Shown piece by piece: positions 52,721 to 63,151 of a stretch of DNA of 64,000 nt (positions within the stretch are counted from its first letter, which is position 1; the number at the start of each line of letters is the position of its first letter). This stretch comes from Cyanidioschyzon merolae (Eukaryota). Under the pieces are notes generated by a model. The model searched no databases, was not told where the DNA came from, and saw nothing but the letters and a program-made list of their open reading frames with translations. The stretch lies in the NCBI GenBank assembly GCA_000091205.1, contig AP006492.2. One strand, written 5' to 3'. The translations under genes were made by a program, and so were the position numbers.

Positions 52721-55363
52721 ATGACTATGAGCGATTTTTTGCGTATCGTATGGTTTTTACGGAACAAGAACCCCGCTGCCGATCATATGATTGACGCATT
52801 GTCGTTCTGCGGATCGTTGGTCTCCACAAGAAACACGCGGAAACCGGGATACGTGCACAGGTGCAGTGTTTCACCATGGCGGCCGAAAGTTGAGCCCACA
52901 ACGAGCTCTATACGCTACTGTGTTTCAATCGCTCGTTCTGGCTCCGTGATGACGTCTGAGAAAAGCGCAACTGGTGCGGCTGACCGAGCCCGCGCGTCGC
53001 TGCCACAGCTGCTCCACCAAGCCAAAAGTCTCCGAGCTGCAACCGGTGAAGCGGAGCGCGTATCCGAGCAACAGCTCCAAGAGCAGTTAGCAATATTCTA
53101 CGAGCAAGTTCCGAAAGATTTCGCTCGAGTTCAAGAGGCGTTGCGGCTCCTCCTCCAAAGTCGGAGCGAGTTCTTCGCACTGCTTACTTTAGCCAAAACA
53201 CAGGCAGAACGTTTATTCTCGGACACGACGGAGCTGCGACGGTTCGATGGACACTTGCGCAAGGTAGAAACGGCGTTGAAACTAGTGGAAGACTTGTTGG
53301 CCCTCCGGCAGACAGCACAGACGCTGCAGAAGCTCCTTCAAGCGCCGGACGTTGATACTGAGCGAGCAGCTGCGCTTATCGCCGAGTTTCACGTTCGCTT
53401 GCAGCAGTCTGCGTTCCATTCTCAAATGGACCTCTTCGGTTCCGCTGAAGTAGCTGCACTACAGCAGCAAGTCGAAGAAGCTCGACATCAACTGCGTGCG
53501 CTCGTTGTGTATCAAGCTGAACAGGTACTCAGCAGCGCAGCTTCAGCACCAGAGGTGCCTGCGACATCCGAGCACCCAATGCAGGCTCACATCATGCGTC
53601 TGCATGCGCTGGGATATGTAGACGACGCTCGACGGCTGCTGGTACAGCACACCAAAGCGCAGGCACTCTCTCGCATGAGCCAAAGGACGGCATCAGCGCT
53701 TGAACCAGAGACAGCGCACTTGGAGGAACTGACCGCGCTCTACGAGGCGATTGCGGAGACCATCGCGTATACGGAGCGTTCCGCGCAACGCTTCGATTCG
53801 GATGATGGAAAAGTCATTCTTGCCCTAGAAGAACTAGCGAATGAACGAGGGGCTGAAATACTACAGCGTTTCTGCGATGCAACCAAGCTCGCCGAACGAT
53901 GCCGTCAGCTGAACCGCCGTCGAGAGGCGAATGTCAAAGCAGCAACGGAGTCTGTGTATCGCTCACATGCGGGTCCTGTTTTCGATATAGAGTACGCACC
54001 GCTGAGCAATATGGCTGCAATCGGGGACTCACGAACCGGAGCTACCGCGCATGATTTTGATATGACTCGGGAGCAAAGCGAAACGAATGAACTTGAAGCG
54101 CTTCTGGAACAGATTGTGGTCATGAGCCGTCGCACGGCCATGTTTCGCCATTTCATGATGACTCGTCTGGGACTCGGAAATGATTTTGAACAGGAGCGTC
54201 GGCGTGAGGGTGCTCTTTACCTCAAAATGCAGGAGGTCATGGGGATGTACGTGCTTCTGGAGCGGGCTCTCCTGGACAGCGAATGGAAGCTTGCGCAACG
54301 CCTGGAAGCGCTACCCGCCTCGGGGTCTGCCGGTGAGCCTCCAGCAGCCTCGTCGGAGACAGTCTCACGAGCGATCGACTACACGTTCTACGCGATCAAA
54401 CGCATCATCGGTCGATCGTTGCAGGCATTCGATCCGGACGCTTTGTGTGCATCGCTGAACCACGTGCAGGCGCTGCTCGCCGGACCGCTCCTTGAACATC
54501 TTCGCCGAAGCCTTCCAACGCATGCCGCGTTGCCCAGTGTCTTCCCGTCGGCGCAAATGGTGTTCGGATCCAGTTTCAGAGCTGAAGCACTTGAAGGTTT
54601 GATCAAGGTGGCGAATGATGCACGCACCAGCGGAAGCTACCTGCGACACTTGGTAACAGTCAGTGTGTCTCGGGGACTAGCGGAACAGCAGCTGCCCCGC
54701 TCGGCGGCGCTAACAGCAATCATTTCTGATTTAGAAACGACCATCGAGGAGTTACGATGCGTAGCGAGTCAAGGTGTCCGACGAATCTTTCAGACACTCG
54801 TTTCAAATGTTCTGGAGCAAGCTGCGACACACGCTGAGCGCCTACTTCTGGGCGCTTCGCCGACTTCTGGAGCATCCAATGGCTCGCCGTATCTCGTCTC
54901 CGAATCCAGCTTTCAACCAGGCCCGAGTGCTTTTGTTACCGAACTATTCGAGCAGATGTACCGTGGCGGCTTGGACAGGATCCTCGCGCAGTTAGAGCCC
55001 GAAAACACCGCTGAACTTGTCTGCCTCGTTTCCGAATGGACACGGGATCGTCTGGATCAGGCGATACGAAGCCGTTCGCTGTCCATGAATGCGCTGGGCG
55101 GTCTCATATTCGATGCCGATGTGCGTTACCTAGTGAACCGATTCGCGGGCCTGGTGCTAGAGACCCAGCGCGCCAATATACGCGCTATTTTTCGGCCGCT
55201 CTTCCACATGGCGTTGGTGTTGACAGTTGATCGACCCGCCGAAGTCCTAGATCTCTGGGAACAAATTCGAGAGACGCAGATTCCGGACCGTGTCCGACAA
55301 CTTCTACGGATGCGGGTTGAATTTCGTGCAGAAACTATCGCGTCTCTAGAGCTCCCGACGTAA
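52721..55363 (+). CDS. COG4: Conserved oligomeric Golgi complex subunit 4 (COG4)-like tethering-complex protein
   Basis: 880-aa helical protein. The C-terminal end PDRVRQLLRMRVEFRAETIASLELPT parallels the COG4 C-terminus (...[25 protein letters not shown]). It is preceded by LDLWEQI... in the position where COG4 has LDFWG. The overall CATCHR-like helical-bundle character fits. ATG at 52721; an alternative ATG at 52949 (MTSEKSATG...) is plausible because the first 76 aa look non-coding. The assignment rests on recalled motifs only. Confidence 0.5.
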   Translation: MTMSDFLRIVWFLRNKNPAADHMIDALSFCGSLVSTRNTRKPGYVHRCSVSPWRPKVEPTTSSIRYCVSIARSGSVMTSEKSATGAADRARASLPQLLHQAKSLRAATGEAERVSEQQLQEQLAIFYEQVPKDFARVQEALRLLLQSRSEFFALLTLAKTQAERLFSDTTELRRFDGHLRKVETALKLVEDLLALRQTAQTLQKLLQAPDVDTERAAALIAEFHVRLQQSAFHSQMDLFGSAEVAALQQQVEEARHQLRALVVYQAEQVLSSAASAPEVPATSEHPMQAHIMRLHALGYVDDARRLLVQHTKAQALSRMSQRTASALEPETAHLEELTALYEAIAETIAYTERSAQRFDSDDGKVILALEELANERGAEILQRFCDATKLAERCRQLNRRREANVKAATESVYRSHAGPVFDIEYAPLSNMAAIGDSRTGATAHDFDMTREQSETNELEALLEQIVVMSRRTAMFRHFMMTRLGLGNDFEQERRREGALYLKMQEVMGMYVLLERALLDSEWKLAQRLEALPASGSAGEPPAASSETVSRAIDYTFYAIKRIIGRSLQAFDPDALCASLNHVQALLAGPLLEHLRRSLPTHAALPSVFPSAQMVFGSSFRAEALEGLIKVANDARTSGSYLRHLVTVSVSRGLAEQQLPRSAALTAIISDLETTIEELRCVASQGVRRIFQTLVSNVLEQAATHAERLLLGASPTSGASNGSPYLVSESSFQPGPSAFVTELFEQMYRGGLDRILAQLEPENTAELVCLVSEWTRDRLDQAIRSRSLSMNALGGLIFDADVRYLVNRFAGLVLETQRANIRAIFRPLFHMALVLTVDRPAEVLDLWEQIRETQIPDRVRQLLRMRVEFRAETIASLELPT

Positions 55364-55997
55364 ACCAAGAGGCTACAGTGCGTTGCGAATGCATGGCTTA
55401 CGGGCGCATGCTCCACTGGTACTATCCTTGGCGAAGCTCGTTTTCAGCGATTCCATGGCCACTAGTCGACGCGGTGGTATCGAATATGTGGCAAGTGCCG
55501 AGACACACGACAAGAAACACGACCATTGGGAAACGCGTTCGGCAGACGCGAGCCTTTCCTGGCAATCACCCACGGGCACCGTTTCGACAGACGTGTTGGA
55601 GACGACGTCGGGTGTCGACCGTGTCGGTGTGCGGGCTAGCGACGTCCGAAGCAGCAACACGCTTTTTAGCGGACAGTCAGTTTTTGTTCATGGGCATTGC
55701 AGGCGCTGTGCGGTGGTATGTTCATGGGCCTCGCTGAGACGCAACGTCGATCCCGAATCGATGCCTGGTGTCTGGAATGAGGCTTCAACTCGTGCGTTCA
55801 CTAGACAGGTTTCGATATGCTCCAAAAGTGATATTCTACATGCTCGATATGATCTAGAGAACAGCGTACGTTGAAGATGCCTCGTATCACGAGTACATCT
55901 GCAACACACTTGGAATGTATTGCAGCTTTGTGATTCATTCAAAACACGGTCAGCAAAGCGAGAAAAGATTTCACGACTACGGAGTGTATATACACAT

Positions 55998-56845
55998 CCA
56001 CTCGCAGACGCCTCTCAGGTTTTTTTGAACGGCCGCCTGTTATCGGTATCAGTTTATCCTTTTGCAGATTGAGAGCCTCAGACGCTAATCTACACAGATG
56101 GATCGCGTCAGCTCAGCGGGTCTCGGCTTCAACAACGCACAACATCTGATACGAAAGGCAGTGTTGAATTCTCGGTTCATGAACTCCATGCGTCTATTAC
56201 TTCTGATGGAACTCACCGTTTCAAGGAATCCTCGAACTCGTGCCCTCTGTGCCGTTTGTTGCAGAGTCAGCTCTCAGAACTTTTCGATCGCCAAAGCGCG
56301 CCGATGTCTTCTCTTCATCTCGACTTTTTGAAGTGTACGCCCCGGCGCATCCATTAGGTTTCTTATTTTTGAAAATGAATGCACTTTTTTATGCTCATTG
56401 TGAAAACCTTCCTGGAGCGAGAAGGATTTGCGGAAGAAACACAAAGCAAGGGGAATGGTGAGATGTCACATTGTCCAATCGAAGTTTGTCGGTAGGCTTC
56501 AGGGGAAAAGTCTGCAATGCTTCGAAGAAGTGGTTGTTGCTGCTGTATAAGCCTTCTGGACGCGCGAAACTTAGGCTGCCAGATGAGTCCACTGCAGCTA
56601 GAACAGATGATGATGTCGTCGCTCTCCACGAATTCGATCGCATATACAACGGATTCCTTCTCCGCGAATACCCATATACGCTCCGACCGTTTCGTCTGGA
56701 GCAAATCTCATCAACTGAGAAAAAAAACGACGTCCCTGTGCTTCATACGGATGGCGACGTTCGAGGAACGTCAAAGCACCGATTTCCGTCCAAGATGGCC
56801 GTGGGTAAACTAGGAATCTTTTTTCGCGACTGAATCCCAACGTAC
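55998..56845 (+). repeat. Dispersed repeat R2, copy B
   Basis: See the 8640..9640 entry. It lies about 265 bp upstream of IR1 copy B. Confidence 0.6.
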
Positions 56846-57109
56846 TCAGGCCCGCACAAACGAGCTGTTTGAAAACCTAGGCCGGAGTAGAGCATCAGTC
56901 CTCTTTTTCAACCTTCCAAGGTAGATGAAGAGCTACGTTTCGTGGATGGCGTCGATCCCGAGCTGAAGGACCTGATCGCCGTCACCCTAGATGTATGTAA
57001 AATAGATGGTGGTAATGACGCTCAGTCAAGCAGATGAAACTGCTCAACTGTCCCAGGGTTCTATATTATCGAGAGCCGGGCATGACAGACGCCAGGAGGC
57101 ATTGCAACA

Positions 57110-57847
57110 AGTGGAACGACAGCGTCAGAGCCCTTCTCGACACCCTGAGCGCCGTATTGAGCAGAGTCTGATGCTTTGAATGCTTCTCTCAGAGAGTACA
57201 TGAGAACGCGCTGGGCAGTCAGCAACAATTTCGGGAATACAAAGGCAAGAAACTCGCCTTCACCAACTGTCTCAATGAGTTGGAAAAGGAAACGACCGAT
57301 AGGTCGGCTCGTTTCGAAGCAGGTTATAGCGCAAACAGTGCTATAGCCGACAGGAGCTGCACTGCTGCTCTTTCGAAAAGAGCGTACAACGAATGCTGGA
57401 ATCGATGCTATTCGATACGTTCAGGACAACATATTAGCATCAAGAGCACTCGTACGAGTTGAAGCTTGTAGAGCAGCAGCGCATGAGACAGCATCGGAAG
57501 CACGCGATATTGCATGGTACGCTAACCGATCGTCATATGGAAAGGCACTCGATATTGAGAAGCACTTTGTGGAATGATCCCAGCAGCCATAATGCGGGTA
57601 AGCGCTTTCCGAACCAGGAAATCAAAGCGTCAATCGACATCCGGGTCATGTATCGCGCCGTGGAAACTTGCATCGCCTTTGCATCGAGCGAACTCTCCAG
57701 GAAATCGTTGAATTTCAGTATTCGCTTCGTCCTGAAACGCTGAAGACTTTCGATGAAACAATATCAGCGACCAGAAGAGAGGCGGTATCGCATTCCCATC
57801 TGGATCAAGGCAATCGTATGGTACGATCCATCAATCCAGAACGTCTG
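57110..57847 (+). repeat. Dispersed repeat IR1, copy B (738 bp), inverted partner of 6071..6808
   Basis: See the 6071..6808 entry. It contains three short back-to-back ORFs in three frames (57280..57462, 57459..57743, 57668..) with no recognisable domain. Confidence 0.85.
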
Positions 57848-58337
57848 GATTGCCAGACACCTGCACCGGTAACGATTTTCCTGGGCAATGAATACACCAT
57901 AATGTTATTGCAATACTCGATACGACGAAGCATACTAGATATGATGACGGCACTGCTTGAGATTCACAGCTATGAACCACAACGCGTAGCACGAGACTTC
58001 AGCTACCCAGTCTCTCGAAAACGAAAAATTCCAACTCGACAACTTGGAGCATCGACCTCCTGCAGGGCATATCCGGAATGGACTCGGACGCGTAGTCCCC
58101 AAGCGCCCGCCAGCACGGTCATGACATTTCGTACATCACGAGTGCCGATGCAGTCGCGCGTTCCAGGGTCCTGCTGATCAACACGTGCGCTGCATACCAC
58201 GAAGCGCAACTGTACGCCAAACTGAAAGCATTGTCACCATTGCGCCGTAATAAAATAAATGAGTTTCCTGCTGCATTCCGGGTGATGTATCTAAAACTCA
58301 CTGCCTCCGCAGCTGCTTCTAATACCCACTTGCTGGA

Positions 58338-59018
58338 CTATCGCAGGTCATCGGACGACGCGGGTACCGCGTCGAAACTGGCGGCTGTAGGAGCCACCGC
58401 AACCCCATGCGGCGTCGACTCGGAGCACGCTGACGCCAGTGCCTCGAGTTCAGCTCGTACACCGAATACCAATTCATCCACATGTTCATCTCGGACACCG
58501 ATTTCATCAAGACTTTCCTTTAAGCGGAATAAATAGGTCGCGTTATCACCGGATGGACCACGAGCGCGGGCAATAATACGACAAAGAACGGGTATCTGCC
58601 GCTCGTCCGCGGCTCGCACAAAATGCGGGTTATCCTCTCGAGCGATATAGACTAGAGCATGCTTCGTTATCTGCTCAGCGCTACGCGCATCATACACAGG
58701 TAAAGCGAGTCGAGAGTATCCTTGTTTCTCTCGTTCGTCCAGGTACGCCAGAACGTCAGCGGCCGCTTCGTTATCGACGCGGTACGCGCGGCCGTAGCAG
58801 CGCTCTCCTGGCTGCTCTGCTAGCACCAGCGTCGCAACGCGTCCCGGGTACGATTCCGTACCCCGGTGGTCCGTCGAGTGCTGCCAGAATCGTCTCCTCC
58901 AACCGGTTATGAACGCATCCCGACACTCCTCGAACGGAATGTCTGGCTTCCAGATCAGACTCCCAAACCCGAAAACCCAAAAGTCAGCACCGTCCCCAGT
59001 GCCGAGCGTCACGTTCAT
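58338..59018 (-). CDS. CHAC: ChaC-like gamma-glutamylcyclotransferase (glutathione-specific)
   Basis: FWVFGFGSLIWKPDIPFEECRDAFITGWRRRFWQHSTDHRGTESYPGRVATLV...GERCYGRAYRV...VLAYLDEREKQGY...ALVYIAREDNPHF is collinear with CHAC1/ChaC (LWIFGYGSLVWRPDF...[28 protein letters not shown]...). ATG at 59018. Confidence 0.85.
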   Translation of the reverse strand: MNVTLGTGDGADFWVFGFGSLIWKPDIPFEECRDAFITGWRRRFWQHSTDHRGTESYPGRVATLVLAEQPGERCYGRAYRVDNEAAADVLAYLDEREKQGYSRLALPVYDARSAEQITKHALVYIAREDNPHFVRAADERQIPVLCRIIARARGPSGDNATYLFRLKESLDEIGVRDEHVDELVFGVRAELEALASACSESTPHGVAVAPTAASFDAVPASSDDLR

Positions 59019-59342
59019 AGCCGTCCTACGAGGTGCCTGTACCTACGTTGCTATGCAGCGCATTCGCTTGCTCTTGGTACGCACAGGGCGTGCCTGCAGC
59101 ATGTCCAACGTACTGTCCAATCATATCCAGTTTAAACCATAAATATCCACTCATAAGTATTCTTGTACAAGCTGCCTCATGGATCCATCGCATTGCTGCG
59201 CAGCCGCGCCAGAAGAGGCCGATTCGCGCCCTGCGCCTCAACGTACCGCATCCGCTTCATGCAACAGCGCGTTATAGGTAACGCTGCGCGCTATCGTTTG
59301 CTGCGGCGTTGCAGGTAGGCTCGTCACATCGGTTCTGCCCGG
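59019..59342. promoter_or_regulatory. Putative shared bidirectional promoter region between the divergent ChaC-like (-) and NT5C-like (+) genes
   Basis: A 324-bp spacer separates two divergently oriented start codons. This is inferred from gene arrangement only; no motif was verified. Confidence 0.3.
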
Positions 59343-60185
59343 ATGATAACCGGTGAAACCGAACCTGCCTGTGTGGAGGATGCGAGTCAGCTGGCGGAGC
59401 AACGTAACGGGGCACCGGTGATGGAAGCCGGCTGCGCTGCCGTACCCGTGGAAGCCAACGCTACCAAGCGAGGGTACTGGCGCCAGCGGACCCTTCACTC
59501 GTGGTTTATAGGCCGAAAACCACAGCGAACCTGTATAGCTGTCGATATTGATGAAGTGCTGGCGTTTTTTGTACCGGAACTCTGTGCTTTTCATAACAAG
59601 CGGTACGGAACGCGGCTGCAAGCCACTGATTTCCACAGTTATCGCTTTGCGGAGGTCTGGGGCGGTACCGACACGGACGCGATTCGAAAAGTGCACGAGT
59701 TTTTTCGCACGCCTGCGTTTCAGGAGCTCCAGCCGATACCAGGTGCAAAGCAGGTCCTTCAGTCGCGGCTGGCTCGCTTTCGCTTCGTCGTGGTGACCTC
59801 TCGTCAGTTGGTGATTGAGCAAGAAACGCGCGCATGGTTAGACAAGCACTTTAGCGGTATTTTTGAAGCAATCTACCTTGGTAATCAATGGGCGCTACAC
59901 CCCAATGGTGAACACGGTACCGGAGTCGGTAGCGCTGCACAGGAACCGCAGCGTCTCTTTGCGAACAGGCGCCGCAAGTCCCAAGTCTGTAAGGCCTGCG
60001 GCGCGGCCGTCTTAATCGACGACTTGCCCCACAATCTGCTGGATTGCTCGGAAAATGGTGTGTTTGGTGTTCTTTTTGACTTTCAGGGGCAGTACGGATG
60101 GAGTAAATCTCCTGCATTCGAGTCAAAGGATATCGCCGTTGTGCATTCATGGGAAGCGGTAGGAGAGCTCCTTGACCGGCTCTAG
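59343..60185 (+). CDS. HAD-superfamily 5'(3')-deoxyribonucleotidase-like protein (NT5C/NT5M family)
   Basis: IAVDIDEVLAFF (HAD motif I DxDxV; compare VLVDMDGVLADF), LQPIPGAKQVL (LEPIPGALDAV), FVVVTSRQ (VFICTSP), TRAWLDKHFSGIFEAIYL (KYRWVEQHLGPQFVERIIL), AAVLIDDLPHN (DLLIDDKDT). ATG at 59343. Confidence 0.65.
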   Translation: MITGETEPACVEDASQLAEQRNGAPVMEAGCAAVPVEANATKRGYWRQRTLHSWFIGRKPQRTCIAVDIDEVLAFFVPELCAFHNKRYGTRLQATDFHSYRFAEVWGGTDTDAIRKVHEFFRTPAFQELQPIPGAKQVLQSRLARFRFVVVTSRQLVIEQETRAWLDKHFSGIFEAIYLGNQWALHPNGEHGTGVGSAAQEPQRLFANRRRKSQVCKACGAAVLIDDLPHNLLDCSENGVFGVLFDFQGQYGWSKSPAFESKDIAVVHSWEAVGELLDRL

Positions 60186-61112
60186 GTTGTGAGGGAATGA
60201 TCAAGGTCCCTAGTTCGCTATGCAGCTTGTACTCGGGACACTCTTGGGCCGAGTGCTGTTTGAAATAGTGCGGTTGCGACGTGTAACGCGACGTGTCTGC
60301 AATGTACAGCATAGATGGCTTTCGCACCAGGTAATTTTATGGTGCAGATTCGATGAAGTCTCTCATGCTCGCGCGACCTAGGTCATGAAGCGTCATACAG
60401 GATGTGCGAGTCTTTCTATTTAATTAGAGATTATCCATTGATGCTTGAACATAGCCAGAGCAGCGAATGCGCGGAGAGTCCGGCAGCAGCGACACGGTCG
60501 TCGTCGCATACATAGACTTGTCAAAATGTCGATTCTGTTTCTAGACGCCTTGTGCACCAAGCCTTGCTCTTGGTCGATATAGGACGAGTGTACTGGACCG
60601 AGGTCCGCATCGGCGCAGTGAAGCCGCACGAACATCGGCCGGACGAGCCGCTTTGAGGACGTCCAGCCTGACGAGTACCTATCCATCTTCGTAACAGCGG
60701 TTCCCGGCGTAGAGCGTTGTTCATTAATGAGCACCATGACGCTCCGTTCAGGAAAAGGGAGCATATGCGACGTAGACGACGATATCTGTGAGTGTAGTCT
60801 TGGATAAAACGAACCGTGCTAATGGACCGGCATGGTAAATCGAGTGTTTGTCAAAAATTTGTTTATTGCTGTCGAGCAGCGAATTCTAGAGCCATCCGTT
60901 GTCACATTTTAAGAAGCAAATGAAATTCTGATCAATAAGAAGCGAGGCCTTCCAATGGATGCGCGATGGACTTTTGCTCCGATTTGTTTTCGTCGGCAGC
61001 AGGATCGTTTCCATGAACCAGGGATTCCAGATGAAGCGATTACGACCGACATCCGGGGAGCGGGGCATCCACCATTCCGCACCATATCTTCAATTGGGAC
61101 CAGTGACCGCCG

Positions 61113-61170
61113 CTGCCACCACCACGACCATCATCATTACTACTACCACTACCACTACTACCATCCATAC
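61113..61170. repeat. Imperfect trinucleotide repeat (CAC/CAT/TAC)n
   Basis: caccaccacgaccatcatcattactactaccactaccactactaccat. It encodes His/Tyr-rich runs (HHHDHHHYYYHYHYYH) in ORF 60955..61461 and TTTTIIITTTTTTT in another frame. This is probably a non-coding low-complexity region. Confidence 0.7.
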
Positions 61171-62236
61171 TTCCATTCGAACTACGGCGCTGCGGACAGT
61201 GTGCGCTCAGGGGATCATTCGGATTGCGCAGCGGCTCCTCCATGTAGGTCATCGATGTTGTGGTCTAAAATGCACGATGCCACGTTCTCGATGATCTGGC
61301 ATCCATGCATCCAGTCAGATGTACCCCGGTGCTGTGCAAACGCGACCAGCAACAGGAGCAGAGCGCTCAGCTCACACGCATCTCTTTCTGCGCTCTTTTT
61401 CGAGTCCAGAACAGTGCACTCCTCCAAAATAGAGACTCGACAAACTCAGCGAAGTTCTTGATGAACAACTTAACACAGCATCGCGGTTGCGTTTTATATT
61501 ACAGGCCGTCCCTTCTTCATAGACACTCGATAGATCCAGCAGGCTTCCGCGAGTGCAGCGTAACACGGTGTTGCAGTTGCGTCCACGTTACATGGAAGTA
61601 ACCGACGAGAGGTACCGCGCCCCGTTCGACCAACTGACCCGTTCAGACGTACCACATTTTTCTGCGTAGGCATGGTTGCCACGGACGCAAGGGCCATGTT
61701 CACGGACAAAGTGTATGATACACAAACCAAAATCCCGCTTCCGCGTCTCGAAGACGGGAACAAGCGTCTCGATGCTGACTAGCGTCTCAGCGGCCGATAC
61801 AGCATGCGGATGCGAGCAATGCGACCGCCACCGATACAAACTAGCACCGGTTGTTTGCTCTGCAAACACGTGTCCGGGTCAAGGCGATGGCCCTTCGTGC
61901 AAAATTTCACATAGGCGGCTAGCCTTGCAAGAGGATACGAAAAGACACTCGCATGAGGCTGCAGCCTCAACGTCCATTCCAGAGCGACACGACATCACGC
62001 CTCGCAAAAGGAAACGCGCACCACTACTGCTGCGTCATGACGACGGGTCCTGCACCCGTGCATGCTCCAAAGCTTGGATTTGGACGTTCGATACCTCTTC
62101 AGATAGCGAAAAGCAACAACAGTAGCTATGATTCATTGTCGATGGGGTTGCAATGGGTCCAACTGCTTGCCATCTCTGAAGGCGCCTCGTCCCCCGAATA
62201 AGCATTGCAGATGGCAGTCGCCAGACGCCAGGTGTT

Positions 62237-63151
62237 TCATGGGCAGCGATCCTCTAGAATCGAGGGAGGTGATGCCTCCCAATCGGATCGAGATACCCAT
62301 AGTTGATGAAAAACGCCGAGCGTTCCACAGAGACTTGCACCCACCCAGGCGGCCGACACACCTGGATGAAACAGCTGCTCATTAGAGGCGTTCACAACTC
62401 GTGGGCGAAAGAGATGTGGGCAGACCTCTCCCAGGGTTTCGTCAAGTCGCTGCACCAGTGCTTGCTCCTCGAGCTGCGATAGGCCATCTCCCGTCACGAT
62501 TACGTTGTAAAAGAGCTCACGACGCACATCAATATCGGCGGCCATAATGGCATCAAACACCAGTCGCGTTAAACGGGGAAAAAGCTTCGCTTCGACTTTC
62601 TTCAGCGGCAGTCTGGTCTCTTCGGCAGTGGACGAGTCTCGCTGAGGCCACGGAAGGCCTACCAGAGGATCGGAACGCAAGCAGTTTAGTAACAAGTAGC
62701 CCTCAAGAACCGGTGCGGCGACTGCCCCGACTCGATCGATGTGCAAGACGAGGGCAGTCTTCCGGGCCCAGGCGAAAGTCGTAGCCACCGCTGAGCGCAT
62801 GAGGTATACGGCAGGCACGTGCAGCGTCTCGAACGCGAAGCGAACGAGTTCTTGGCGGGTCTCCTGCTCCCAGGGTTGCGCAGGCTCCACGAGCAGCAAC
62901 GGTGTTCGTTCGCTGCCCAATGATTCGGACTCGGCGGGCCTATTGTCTTCGGACATGGCTTCTCCAGCGCCGAAGATAGACACCAGTGACCCTCTCCAAG
63001 CGTCCTGGATAGAAGCGAGACTCTCTGGCCCTGTGGTCAGCTCAGGCAGAAGACGAACGCACGATGGACACGCACTACCCGCAAAGCCAGCACGGACCCG
63101 GTCCGAGGTAGTTTCGAGCACCACCGCCGACACGTCGTCGACAGCAGTCAT
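62237..63151 (-). CDS. Divergent short actin-related protein (ARP; Arp10/Arp11-like size)
   Basis: The N-terminus MTAVDDVSAVVLETTSDRVRAGFAGSACP aligns to the actin N-terminus ([27 protein letters not shown]). Central VYLMRSAVATTFAWARKTALVLHIDRVGAVAAPVLEGYLL parallels [40 protein letters not shown]. The C-terminus VIVTGDGLSQLEEQALVQRLDE...SAAWVGASLCGTLGVFHQLWVSRSDWEA parallels [21 protein letters not shown]...[27 protein letters not shown]. The track start at 63322 is TTG; the first ATG is at 63151, giving about 304 aa. Confidence 0.65.
   Translation of the reverse strand: MTAVDDVSAVVLETTSDRVRAGFAGSACPSCVRLLPELTTGPESLASIQDAWRGSLVSIFGAGEAMSEDNRPAESESLGSERTPLLLVEPAQPWEQETRQELVRFAFETLHVPAVYLMRSAVATTFAWARKTALVLHIDRVGAVAAPVLEGYLLLNCLRSDPLVGLPWPQRDSSTAEETRLPLKKVEAKLFPRLTRLVFDAIMAADIDVRRELFYNVIVTGDGLSQLEEQALVQRLDETLGEVCPHLFRPRVVNASNEQLFHPGVSAAWVGASLCGTLGVFHQLWVSRSDWEASPPSILEDRCP

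Noticed and set aside
6071-57847. Interpretation of the IR1 pair as terminal inverted repeats of a giant (about 50 kb) transposon (Maverick/Polinton- or Starship-like)
   Set aside because: The interior encodes about 13 ordinary single-copy housekeeping genes (cytochrome c, NDUFS2, AspRS, DUS1L, NFU1 and others) and no integrase, polymerase or capsid genes. No target-site duplications are visible at the outer boundaries. The copies are better explained as dispersed repeat copies or a segmental duplication that happens to be inverted.
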